From Vicugna vicugna (Eukaryota): DNA of 64,000 nucleotides. The stretch is taken from positions 272,563-336,562 of the forward strand of contig MU057597.1 in assembly GCA_013265495.1 (NCBI GenBank). Direction: 5' to 3'. Position 1 is the stretch's first letter. Each line of letters starts with the position of its first letter. The position numbers were made by a program, and so were the translations under genes. Of this stretch, positions 25,546-38,111 are shown piece by piece. The notes beneath the pieces were generated by a model, which was not told the DNA's origin, ran no database searches, and was given only the letters and a program-made list of their open reading frames with translations.

Positions 25546-25753
25546 CGGTATTTTGTGTGCACGTGCCGTCTTGGAGACGCAGGGAGAGGACGTCAGGGTA
25601 ACCACGCTGGGCTGGCAGCAAGGAAGGAGCAGCTGCATCTTCCCCGCTCTGATTCTTGGAACAAACGTTCCCTCTGTCATGGGATTTTGTGGCCCCTCTC
25701 AAGTTGAGCCCATACACCTGTCCCCACCAGGCCTTCTCTAATGAAATCCTTCC

Positions 25754-26371
25754 GCTTTCGGCTTTTGGCTCTGAGGAGGTCAGGGTGCAACTTTCTTTGG
25801 TCGTCCCAAATCTGGGTTCATCCGACACCAGCCACCTCCACCAATGAGACCAGAGATCAAAGTCGTATACCTGAGGTGCACTGGTGGAGAAGTCGGTGCC
25901 ACATCTGCCTTGGCCCCCAAGATTGGTCCCCTGGGTCTGTCTCCAAAAAAGGCTGGTGATGACATTGCCAAGGCGACTGGTGATTGGAAGGGTCTGAGGA
26001 TTACAGTGAAACTGACCATTCAGAACAGACAGGCCCAGACTGAGGTGGTACCTTCTTCCCTCATCATCAAAGCCCTCAAGGAACCACCAAGAGACAGAAA
26101 GAAGCAGAAAAACATCAAGCACAGCGGAAACATCACTTTTGATGAGACTGCCAACATTGGCCGACAGGCGCAGCACTGATCTCTAGCTAGAGAGCTCTCT
26201 GGAACCATTAAGGAGATCCCGGGGACTGCCCGGTCTATGGGCTGCAATGTTGGTGGCCGCCACACTCACGACATCATAAAGGACAGCAACGGTGGTGCGG
26301 TGGGATGCCCAGGGAGTTAAGAACTACAAAGGAAAATGATCTAATAAAGGGTTATTTAACAACCAAAAAAA
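25754..26371 (+). pseudogene. RPL12: Processed pseudogene of 60S ribosomal protein L12, antisense within intron 1 of gene A
   Basis: Translation [33 protein letters not shown]...[23 protein letters not shown]; intronless; premature TGA 26177-26179; small deletions; aataaa 26343-26348, poly(A), target-site duplication aaatccttcc at 25744-25753 and 26372-26381. Confidence 0.95.
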
Positions 26372-29104
26372 AAATCCTTCCATGGAAGCTTAGGACCCAT
26401 CATTTCTCTTCTGGACTCACATTAACTTAGTAAGTCCCCAGACACTCAACAGTGAACCACCTACTCTGCTATGTAATTTTATGAAATATATACCAGGCCC
26501 CAATAATGCATGTATTTATGATGGAATAACACACAGGAGGATACCCAGGGACCCACTAGACCAGAAGACATAGTATGCTCATTCACAGTGACCCCAATCC
26601 AAATACTGTCATCTCCAGAAATTAACATGAGATGTCTCCAGTGATACACATGCCCCAGTGAGACCCCAACATCTTTCAAGGAAACACTCCAAATTCTCTT
26701 TTGTGTCTTTTATAGTGGATCTGAAACTTTCTACACTTGCACAGTGATTCCTGCCCTCCTAAAAGACCCCACAAAAGTCACTGTGTGGAGTGGAGGCTGG
26801 GGGGCATCTGCTAGATCCAGGCCCTCAGGACCAAGGCCCCCATCCTCCTGCACCCACAGCCCCCAGGTTTGCTCAGGCCTTGGATCAAGTTTCTCTCTGT
26901 CTGACTCCACTTCCTTCGCTCCCCTTCAGGTGAGATCATGAGCTACCCAATTAAAGACAGGCATGCAAAGCTCAGGCTCAGCCTCTGTGTCCCAAGAAGC
27001 TGAGGTAAGGCATCACAGCACTGCAAACCCTGCAAGGCAGCTTGAAACTAGCCCAAACCCACTTCCAGGGGCTCCAAGCAGATGTCTCACATCCACATTT
27101 GGAACAGCTGGACACACTATTCATTAGGCTCCTCTAGGCCCACATTGCTTCCACAATCTTCCTGCAGACCTCACAGGCTCCCCTCCATGTTCCCCACTTC
27201 TCTTTCTCTCCTCCATGCATGAGTGACTGAGCAACAGGGCTACAAAGAACAGGGGCCTCCAGGTACAGGCATCCCAACAGGAAGGCACAAGCTGCACCCA
27301 AGGGACCCTGGGCATTCAGTATCAAGGTCAAGAAGCTGGCCCTCCTGGGAAAACGTATCAGTAACTGGGGACATCATGTAGCTGAGTTTTAAAGGCATCT
27401 AAGGATTGCTTGCACTGAGTTTCTGTTCTAGACTCCAATCTCCATGTTACAAGCAGGCTCGCTAAGGTCCAGAGAGAAGGTCTGGACATTTCAGAGAAGG
27501 TCTCAATTGAGCGAAAAGACCAGATATACCTGAATGCTGAGAAAGTAGCCTGAAGGGCCAGTGGGCAGAGTCTGCCTATAACACTCTCAACACTTGAAAC
27601 ACCAGGTCCTTCTCACATGTGCCTGAGCAAAGGGAACATCTCTTCCAAGGTCTCATCACACTGATACCAGGCACGTAGTTCTTCTTTTCCAGAAAAAATC
27701 ACAGTAAAACAATTTAATAAGAATTGCAAAACAACAGCACTTGACCTGGAAAACATTTTAAGGGGTCAGCTTAGAAGAAAGCTCTGAGCAAACTTCAGCA
27801 TGAACAGATGGGCTCTGCTGGAAGAAGGTTCCAAGCCCATCCAGCCCATCCTCCACCATCTGCAGAGACAGTCAAGAGGGACCTGAGGGAACAACTTCAT
27901 GTCACCTTCCAGCTCACTAATTTAACAGATCACCAAAAAGGGAAGAACACGGAATATCAGGCTAACTGGTAAAACTAGGTTTTGACTATTAATGTAAAAG
28001 ATCATTGACATCTTTACCAAGTACTCGTCAAAACAGTCTAAAATCAATAGTTACCAAAGAACTTTTCCAGTATGTAAGAGAAAGAGGAAGAAGCACACAG
28101 CACCGAGTAAACTTCAAAAAAATTTAAAAGGGAAATAATTTGTGGTTTTTAAAAAGTCCAAAAATTCTGGTGTTAAAGATGGAAAAATTGAGAATATATC
28201 GTATTTAGAAAAGAATGACATGAGCTGATTATAGAAGGCCACCAAAGCTTATTTCAGAATTTATTATTTATAGAAAAGTAGAAATTGAATATACTGATTT
28301 ATTACAAGATAATAAATAAATACAAAGAAATCAGGAAGAAAAAAGCAAATCCAACACAACCCCCCCCACTTTTAATGTTCCTCTAAAGAGGCACCGTGTG
28401 GTGACAGAGTCAGTCATTTCTTACCCCACGTGTCCTCTCCCCTGATCTCTACTCTGTATCACGAAATGGGAAGGGGGTGACTCACAACTCAGTAAATCAA
28501 GTTACTGCCCCCGGGCTGAACAGGGGCTGCAAATGTAAGTTATCTTCTGATACAAGTAATTACAAAATAAACAAGCCTTACAGACAGGAGTTTTGCAATT
28601 CTCATCCTCATCTGTAAAATCCAAACAAATTTTAAATGTATTAGATACTAAAGCCACAGATCAATATATCACGACTTAATCACCCGCATCCAAACAACTC
28701 ACCACCATCTGCATCGTGTCCCCCTCTACCCGCACTACTATGTGTTTCCATTTCATTCCTTTTATCTGTCTCCCTATTTCTGTCTCTCTCTTTTTGGTCC
28801 CCTCTACTCTCCTGCTGACTCTCCCCTCCTATTTTTTGGTGACAACTGTCCTGCCCCACTCGGCAACTTGTGCCTCCTCTTGTTGCTCCTTCTGTCCAGC
28901 CTTTCTGATTGCCCTAAATCTTTATGTTATTTCTGCCTCTTTCTTCCTACATCTCTGCTCCCTCTCTGTTCTCCCGGCTAACTCCTTCTATCCTGCTACC
29001 CACCTTTCCTCCTCACTCTCTGGAACCCTAGGTGGCTAGACTTTCTTTCTGCTCTCTCTTCCTCTGCTCTTCTAGTCACTACTTGCCCTTTCTTTCTCTC
29101 CCAT

Positions 29105-30065
29105 CACCATTTTCCAGCAGGGTGGAATTTGGGATGGAAGAACCACGAGTGTCACTTGGTTGGCCCAGGTCACCTCACCCTACACGGGGTAGGGGAAGGG
29201 CTTATTACGAAGGGGAGGCCCGCGGAGCGGAAGGACTGGCCTGAGGAGGACGCGAGGACAGAGGGGCTGGGAGGGAGGGGGGTTTCAGGAGAGGCCGGGC
29301 TCCCCAGAATCCCGGGACCCCCGAGAGGACGCAGCCTCACGGGAGCGGGGCGGCCGGCGCCGCCCTCCAGGGGCCGAGAGGGCGAGGCTGGGGGCGCGAG
29401 TCCACCTCGCGGAAGGGGACGTTACATGGGGGGAGGAAGGGTAAAGGGTTTTATGAGGGAAAATATGACAAAAGGCGGTGTCTCCGTGACCGAAGGCAGA
29501 AAAGCCAAGGGCAGAGACCAGCCTCAGAGCGGTTTCAGACGCGAAAGAAAAGATCCCCGACCTGGAGCGGCGCCGTCTATACTGGAGGAGGGACTTTACA
29601 GGGCGGGCAGAGGTTAGTAAAGGGTTTATGAAGGAAAATATCGCGAAAGGCGGTGTGTCCGTGTCCGAACGAAGAAAAACCAAGGGCAGGGACCAGCCTC
29701 AGAACGGTTTTAAGCCCAAAATGACATGAACCCTTTCGAATTTACTTAGGGTGGAAGAGCAGGTGCGGGGATTTTAAATTTCGCAGTGGCTCCCACACTC
29801 TGAGGACGTATGGGGGGACCCCTGAAGTGCAGATTTACTACCTTAGAAGAAATTCACGCACCTACGTTGGATTTCAGATCCCCGTGGTGACCTCCGCTCC
29901 GCAATCCACTTCCCGGTCTGGGGGAAACTGCGCAAGCGCAAAGCGCGTTGGCCGTGACGCTTGTGGGAGGGGACTGAGCGCGGCGCTAGCGGAGGGGCGG
30001 GGCGAGGAGAGAAGACGGGTGNNNNNNNNNNNNNNNNNNNNNNNGGGCGGGGCTGGGGCGGGGCT
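29105..30065 (-). promoter_or_regulatory. CpG-island promoter, non-coding exon 1 (donor after 29858) and intron-1 start of gene A
   Basis: CpG-rich; NRF1-like tgcgcaagcgca 29929-29940, GC boxes; minus-strand GC|GTGAAT donor aligns with the gene B donor GC|GTAAGT, both followed by aaatctgcacttc. Confidence 0.75.
30022..30044. other. Assembly gap (23 N)
   Basis: Run of n. Confidence 1.
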
Positions 30066-30099
30066 TCTGCTGTCCCTCTGCCTCTCCTGCTAGACGTCC

Positions 30100-30597
30100 C
30101 TTAGGGATTTGGAGCGGTGTCTTTCGATCCTTGAAGAGCAGCTTTGCTTCCTGCTTAAGATCGTTGAAACAAAAAGTAGTCATCAGATCCATTAAACTAT
30201 AACTGGCTTAGTAAATCATAATCTGTAACAGACCTCGCTGATTGAGCTCGCTTTAATTATTTTTACAAAACTTGCACATCCTCAAGTATCATGTAGCTAA
30301 AGAGGTTTGACTAAATTTTGTTGTTCTTAAACTTGCAATCATCTGTGCCCACTTCGAGACCCAGCTGGTTACAACTAGTTAGAACCACAGACCCTCCAAC
30401 TGGGCATCTGTGAGTGTCTACTCTGTGACAATTTGACATCAGAGGGCCAAAAATACCCCTTTCTGAACAAGCAAACAGCCCTTTTCTGAACAGGAGTCCC
30501 ATGATGAAGGCTGTAGCTTAGTTGTGCCAGCGCAGAAGAATTTATACATACATATGTTCTTTTTAATATTCTTTTTTCATTACAGGTTACTACACGC
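30100..30597 (+). repeat. Left arm of a ~500-bp inverted repeat (partner 33378-33950)
   Basis: Reverse complement of 33378-33950 aligns throughout, e.g. ccagctggttacaactag vs ttagttgtaaccagctgg. Confidence 0.9.
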
Positions 30598-31569
30598 CAT
30601 TGAATATATATGTGTAAATTCTTCTCTGTTATGTTTTTTTTTTAATTAAAAAAAATTTTCCCCCTAATGGAGGCACTAGGAATTGAACCAGGGACCTTGT
30701 GCTCGCCAAGCATGAGCTCTACCACAGAGCTATAACCCCCACCCCACTAAGCTATACAACCCCAGCCCCCATCCTATTCAATACATAGTAATTTGTATCT
30801 GCCAATCCCAAACTCCCAACTGTCATATAAGATTGTTGCTGAAAGGTCAGTCCCCATCCTTGACGAGCCAAGTAATTCAGAGACCGGGTCTTGGAGCTTA
30901 GAAGAGGGGACTTGGAGCCAGGCAAAGGGGACTCGCAGCAAGCTAGTTCCTTTAAAACTGTGAACCCACCTTGGGGATGGCGTGGGGTGGGTATATAGCC
31001 ATAGCTCAAACAATAAAGCATCGATAACAATCAACAGAATCATTTTCTCATCAGAAGACTGAATGGCGTCATGATGCCTCCAAAAGACCAATTCTATGGA
31101 GGCCAGCGGTTGTGGCTCTTTCCATCTCTTTATCTTATAAGCACCCAAGGTGTGGTCTTTTTGGTAATTCAGTCTATTTTGTAAGGTTAAAGTCCTGTGA
31201 ACGTCTCCTTGGAGAACAACTCAGAGACCAAGCATGATCATTACTTTCAATTACTGGAATAAAGTAGGAATAGTAAGCTCAATAGCTTTAGTTTTAACAG
31301 TGGGCCTGGAGCTGTGGGGAGCACCTGGTCAGTTAGGTCAGTTGACCGTTTAAACGGTGAGCATAAGAATAAGCAATATGTTTGCCTAAATGTGGCCATT
31401 TTATTAGCCCTCCTTCAATATCACTTATATGTGGAATCTAAAAAAATGACATAAATGAACTTATTTATAAAACAGAGACTCACAAATACAGAAAACAAAC
31501 TTATGGTTACTCATGGAGGGAGGGAAACAGGGGAAGGAGGGGTAAATTGGGAGTTTAGGATTGGCAAAA

Positions 31570-31752
31570 ACCCTGTTTCTTTATCCCTAAATACCCAAGG
31601 CCCTTGCCTTCAGGGAGGAGGATTTGGTATTTTTTCTCCAATCTCCTAGCATGGCTGCCTTATGAATAACCCTTTCCGCTGGGGCAGATCTTCGCATCTT
31701 TGGGTTTGGCTTGATGAGTGTTGGGCAAATGAACCCGGTTTGGTAATTCAAC
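31570..31752 (+). mobile_element. ERV1-class LTR 3' fragment
   Basis: TATA/R/U5-like text ending ttgggcaaatgaacccggtttgg. Confidence 0.45.
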
Positions 31753-31834
31753 CAGTTGTGGGGGGGTCTCTGAAGAAAGAGAACCAGGCATGGCTTTCTT
31801 GACAGAAGAAAAATCATTTTGAGGGGAGTGGGTT

Positions 31835-32360
31835 TGTGAAGGAAAAGCCCAGCTGGGCTAACAAGCTAAGTCACAAATCTAAGTGTAACAAGTGTCAGAT
31901 TACTGATCTGAGTTCTGCTGGACTAACTCATAAATCTGAAGTTTAGTGTCAGTCTATTGGGCTAACGAGCTCAGTCACAAATCTAAGTGTGATAAGTGTC
32001 GGTTTACTGATATAAGTTCTGCCGGGCTAACTTGTAAATCTAAAGTTTAGTGTCAGTTTACTGGGCTAACAAGCTAACTCATAAATCCAAGCTCAACAAG
32101 TGTCAGTAACGTGATCTGTTCCAAATTGATAAGCTCCAGTGTACTGATTCCTTGCTTTTTGTTGTTTGAATCTTATTGGCTAATAGCCCCATACGTGTAA
32201 TTAACCCTATAAAACCTCATGTGCACAAAAACCTCATCGTCTTGGAGGTGCTCAGAGCTTCGGAGCAGAAGCCCCTCTGAGCCCGCCGGCGTAATAAATC
32301 TGAGTACTCCAACCCTCCAAGTGGTGCTTGTTTCTTGGCTGGCCTGTCATTTCCGTAACA
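31835..32360 (+). mobile_element. Young solo LTR (526 bp) with a 104-bp tandem repeat in U3
   Basis: TG...CA termini, 4-bp duplication ggtt at 31831-31834 and 32361-32364, TATA ctataaaa ~32207, aataaa ~32293; repeat units start at 31853, 31957, 32061. Confidence 0.9.
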
Positions 32361-32439
32361 GGTTTAGCTCAATGGTAGGGCACATGCTTAGGTTGCAAGT
32401 GGTCCTGGATTCAATCCCCAATACCTCCATTAAAATTGA

Positions 32440-32830
32440 GAGAGAGAACAAAAGAATGCAGAAGTTGTCAGGCATGCCAAGTAACGATAGCAAAGATACT
32501 ATGTCAGGTGTAAAGAATCCCAGTTCTGTTTCAATGGGAATAGCCTGAAGCACTCATCACCATATCAACGGAACCTAAGGGATGATGATAATGTTGACTT
32601 TTTCTGACCCTCCAGACTTCAATCAACTAAAGCTTGGACTCCGTTGATGGCTCAAGCCCCCTCATGAACATGCACTTATCTTCAGTTTAAAACTTCCCCG
32701 GTTTTGCTGTTGGCAGACACTGCTTTGGGAAAGATACCTAGTGTTCTCTTTACTTGCTGAGAGTAATAATCCTTCTTTCAGGCTTTGGCTTCATTGTCTT
32801 TTGGCTCTAAACCCATTTTCCCATGCACAA
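32440..32830 (+). mobile_element. Older LTR fragment
   Basis: LTR-like text (ttcaatcaactaaagcttggact; tttaaaacttcccc; aataat); may continue the fragment at ~31770-31822. Confidence 0.5.
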
Positions 32831-33377
32831 GATTGTCAATTCAGTTCCCAGTAGCTCCATTAAAATAAATAAACAACTTAATTACCTTCTACAAACAAAA
32901 GAAAAAAGAAAAATCGAAAGAACTTAAAAAAAAAAAGGTGAGTGGCCTGATCATACTCAACACTGTGTTCAAGTTTCAAAGACACAGAAGGACAAGACCT
33001 GGGGTCTGAGGCTTGGAGGACTAAGGCATGTGATAATTTAGATCACTAGCTATTGCAGTAAAAAGAGAAATAATAATAAAAAAAACTTGTTATAATTTGC
33101 ATTGTTTATTTTTTGCTTAAGTTTGTTTTTTTTTTGTTTTTGTTTTTTAGCCATAGCTTGCAATTACCCAAGTTGCAATTTCTCTCGTTATTCCCAGATT
33201 CACTCACTTCTGCTGGTAAAATAACTGGATGTTGACAAACCTGGTGCCAGAAGTCAGATTTTTTAAAAGTGGACTCTGAGAGACAACAAATCTCCCTATT
33301 AGGTACTGTTAACTAAACTTTATGATGACAAACTCCAGGGAGTAGTCTGGAGCCATATGTCTATCACACGTGAAGAC

Positions 33378-33950
33378 ACTTGTAGTAACCTATAATGAAA
33401 AAAGAATATTAAAAAGTATATATATATGTATAAATTCTTCTGCACTGGCACAACTAAGCTATGGCCTTCTTCATGGGACTCCTATTCAGAAAAGGGCTGT
33501 GTTTGCATGTTCAGAAGAGGGAGTTTTCGGCCCTCTGATGTCAAAATGTCACAGAGCACAACATTGTAAAATGATTATAAATCAATAAAAAATGTTAAAA
33601 AAAATGTCATAGAGCAGACACTCACAGATGCCCATGTAGAGGGACTGTGGTTCTAATTAGTTGTAACCAGCTGGGTCTTGAAGTGGGCACAGCTGATTCC
33701 AAGTTAAAAAAAAAGTTTAGTCAAATCTCTTCTTTAGCTACATGATACTTGATGTGCAAGCTTCATAAAAATAATTAAAGCGAGCTGCATCAGCAAAGGC
33801 CTGTTACTGACTATGATTTATTTAGCCAGTTATAGTTTCATGAATCTAACTGATGACTACTTTTGGTTTCAATGATCTTAACTTAAGCAGGAAGCAAAAC
33901 TGCTCTTCAAGGCTCAAAAGACACATCTTTCTAAGTCCCCAAGGGACACT
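33378..33950 (-). repeat. Right arm of the inverted repeat (partner 30100-30597)
   Basis: Aligns to the left arm apart from an insertion at 33559-33600 and its target-site duplication. Confidence 0.9.
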
Positions 33951-34599
33951 TTTCAGGCTAAGCATGCACTCTACCACTGAAGTATGGTCTCCCTCCAGTA
34001 ACTCTAAAAAAACCCATCTAAATGAAAAGGTTTTGTGAGTGGGTGGAAACACGTGTCCTGGGAGTGGGATGCCTACAGCTTAGCAATAGGTTGGGTGCAG
34101 GGAGCGGGGTAGGGGACAGGGCTGGCATCTATGGTGAACTGTCGATGTGGGGTGTTGGCTACACCCAGAACTGTAAGTAGAACCGACTCACTTCTCACCC
34201 ATGCTTTAAATAAAGTTAAATGCATCTACTTTCTCCAGTGCACTGAAACTTTGTGTCCATCCTTGACGCCTGTTCTATGCTTGTATTGTAAGCACAAATA
34301 CAAATAAAACTAAGACTTCATTTCTCTTGTACATGACAGGGATAGACATTAACTGAGTGAGTGAGCTTGCAGGGCCCTTCAATGCCATAAACACTGAGGT
34401 TCCTGGCATGCTTGGTATTATCAGAGAGGAGACAGGACTGGAGATACCTTAAGGACAGAATTAAGTTCACTTTTGGACACTTGCAGAGGAGGTTCCAGTT
34501 AAAAACCCACTATCCGCCTACAGCACACAGCTGAAACATGCGGAGGGGAGAAAAACTAACGCGAAAAAAAAAAACCAAAAACACACACAAAACTCCAGA

Positions 34600-34920
34600 C
34601 AGCCTAAAGGCCAAAACTCCGCGGCCAGGCTTGGTTATTTATCTCCATGGGCGGGAGCTTATTGGTGTGTTCTTATGCAAATAAGGGTGACTGAGAGGTA
34701 AGTTTTGATTGGTGAATATACTGAAAGTGAAAGGGGCGTGTCTGAAAGAGAGGGGCGGGGATGAACAGTCCCGCCCATAGTTCTCACTCAGGTCCGGGGA
34801 GGCGAAAGTTGTTACGCAGTTGAGGAATGCTTGAAGAGTAGATGCTGATTGGTAGGTTTTGCAGAAGGCGGAAGTCGTTACCTGCAGTCAGCTCTGCTTG
34901 TCCTGAAATGGCGGTGAATC
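34600..34920 (+). promoter_or_regulatory. Orphan promoter-like module with a candidate first exon
   Basis: Three ATTGG (34661, 34708, 34848), octamer ATGCAAAT 34675-34682, GC boxes ~34733-34761, ETS ggcggaagt 34867-34875, YY1-like aaatggcg then GTGAAT donor-like site at 34914. Confidence 0.45.
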
Positions 34921-37900
34921 TGCAAAATAGAGTTTGGTCGTGTCTATCAGTTATTAATTTAAATTTTTTAATTTCCATTTTTCAAATGTAACGTAGGTTT
35001 TTTTTTAAATTTTGCTTGATGTCATATAGCGACCATATTAGAATTTACACTAACTCTGTAGCTGGAAAATAGCAAAGGTAAAAGAACTCTTTTTCTTCTT
35101 TGGTGCTGAGGGAAACAGCGTACTTGCTAAGAACTACACTTACTCTTTAATTTCTTTTTTGGCGGGGGAGGTCATTAGGTCTATTTATTAATTTATTATT
35201 AGTTTTTTTTAAATGGAAGTACTGAAGATTGAATCCAGGACCTTGTGCATGTGAAGCATGTGCTCTACCACTTGAGCTATATCCTGCCCCCTTTAATTTC
35301 TAATGTTTATATTGTATTTTTACTTTTTGTAGGGGGAAGACAATTAGGTTTATTTTTATTTACTTATTTGAGGGAGGTACTGGGAGTTAAACCCAGGACC
35401 TTGTGCATGCTAAGCAAGAACTCTAACACTGAGCTCTATCCTCCCCCCTGCCATACCCTCCCCAATACTTCCCTTATAATTTCAATAAGACAATGATAGC
35501 CTCCTTGTTTACTTCGGAAAATTCCAGAAAGGAATCCTCCAAATTCCCATCCATTGCCTTATGAATGATTACTGATTTGTTTGTCCTCAGTGATCAGTGG
35601 GAACTATGCTCGGTTACATGGTTTAATCAAAATTTACTTAATTTTCTCCTCTCCCCAGTGCCCTAAGTTTTGGACCACTTTTGAGGTTTGTAATTCAGAA
35701 AAACCTCACTGTCAGAATATCCACAATCAAGAGTAGGTGACTTCAGCATAAAACATCACCTGAGAAACTGAGGCTCCTGCCATACTCCTCCACTCCTCCA
35801 TATGGGACTTTTCCTGCCTTGTTTACCCCTGGATGTAAAAGAAAAGCTCTTTTTGTTCTGACATTTGAGCCTTTACACATTTTGTGGTTGCAGCATTCTC
35901 TCTACAATAATAATCCTTTGGAATAAAATCTATCCTTATCTCAGCTTCATAGCAGTAAATATTTCAGTCATTCCATCTGGACTCAAAAATCCATATTTTT
36001 AGAGGCAGTGGTAGAATGCAGGCTTAGTCTTTACGAGGTCCTGGGTTCAAGTTCAATCCCTACCTCCATTTAAATCAATCAATCAATCAATCAATTTAAT
36101 CACACACACACACACACACCAAATTAAAAAAAAAAACCCTTTACAACTTCCCACTGTCCCTATAAGTATATTCTTTAAATTTTTAGGGCATGTCAAACTA
36201 TATCCAGTGTTTTTCACCTTTTTGAATCATTAATAATTTGCATCTGTTTCATAAGAATCTCACAGGGAGATCTGTGTCAAAAATCTTCCTGTGATTTAGG
36301 AAATGTCCTTTTTTTTCTTATAGGATATGTTCATTTGATAATTATATAAGCAACAAAACTCTCCATTTAAATAAAGGACTCATTACTTCCCCTTATAATT
36401 GACTTCTCTATTGTTCTGCTTTTAAAGAAAGGTTCCACCATTGACTCATTTCCTTGCTTGGAATCATGGAAGTCCATACTGAAACACCTTTTTTGCCAAC
36501 ATAGCTAGTCTGAAATAATGCATGATACAGAATGATCTATCTAATAAATATCCCAAATTTACCCAGTCACTGTCTGTTTAAAAAATGTGATGATATATCA
36601 CCTTGTTTTCATATGTGTGATACACCAGGACATTCTACTCATTTTATCTGAAAATTATTTAAATATGCTAATATCCCTATTTAAACATAATCATATTTCA
36701 ATTGATCGCCATTTCCCTATGGATGAAATCTTCCACCTGTAGGACTGATAAAAGAAATTTTGCAGCGTAAATAAGGAACAGCTTTGTCTGAGTTACTTGA
36801 GCAAATGGTGGTGGTTCACATTCATATTTTTTAAACTTTCAAAAGTGTTAAGTATTAAAACTGTAGTAAATTCCATTTCATCTTTGGGGGGAAAATTCCA
36901 TGTATACTGTTTGTATTAAAGTCTGACAGTCATACTTATGCTTTTAAGTGAAGTTTAAATTATATACATTGTAAATATTGAATAGTGTTTAAAAAGCATG
37001 CTTCAACATAGAAGTAGCAGCTATGTAATTATTTGAAGTTACACTTAACACACTCCACTGCATTGAATGCAATGGACGAATAAGAAAGTTTAAGAAGGAC
37101 ATTTCCAAGGTTGAGTACTATGTAAAATTAAAATTTTACAAATTACAAAAAAAAATCTTCCACCTGCAGGGATGTGATAAAACCTGCTTTGGAGTAGATG
37201 TTTAATGAGAGATATTGCCACAAAAACATTGAGGGTAGAAATCAAGTGACTGTATCATTGATAATCTGGCTTTACTTCCTTTAGGGTTCATATTAAAGAG
37301 AATATACCCCTCTTACAAAATGCCCTTAGACATATTGCAAAATTAATTATTCTTTAGATGAAAATAAATCCCAGTGTCTTCTGAACACTGTATGTTTACA
37401 GGCTCTGTTATTCAACCTGACAGAACTTTCAGAAATAGACCGCAAAGAGCGAAAATACAATTTTTTTAAAAAGGTAAATTTCTAATTAGTTTCATAATGA
37501 ATGTACACTGAATTTGAAATTCATTGTATTTAGTTGAGATTATTATGATGTAAGCAAGTTTTTCTCAAAGACGTTTTCAGGTAATTCATCACAAGTGTGG
37601 CATAGAATAAGTGTTTTAAAGAATAGGGAGGAGAGTATTACTCAGTGCCAGAGTGCTTCCTTAGCATGCGGGACTTCCTAAATTCAATCCCCAGTACCTT
37701 CTTTAAAAAAAAATAAAAGAAAAAAACCCGTAATTACCTCCCTCTACAACAACAACAAAAAGTTTAAAAAAAGTAAAGAACAAGGCAGTTCTCATCAAAA
37801 GAAAAATATTTTTTGCCCTTACTTTCCTTTGTTGGATGCAAATTAAACATGTTGTGGTAATCCTTTCACAACATGAGGAAGTCAGACAATTTTGGTGTAT

Positions 37901-38111
37901 TCTAAATTTACACAGTGATATATGTCATTGTATAAAGAATTGTTTATAGAACTCTTGCATGTCACTGTGTAAACAGTTGGGGTTTTTTTTTACTTTTTTG
38001 GTTTTTCTGTTGGGGAGGTAATTCGGTTTATTTATTTATTTATTTAAATGGATTGAACCCAGGAATTCATGCATGCCAAACAGTCACTCTACTACAAAGC
38101 TATTCCATTCC

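Noticed and set aside
25364..26176. 270-aa minus-strand ORF
   Set aside because: GTG start; it is the antisense of the RPL12 retrocopy running into an L1 fragment, with no independent coding signal
31853..32106. Regularly spaced repeats resembling a CRISPR-like array
   Set aside because: Whole 104-bp units repeat without unique spacers and lie inside an LTR U3 in a mammalian genome
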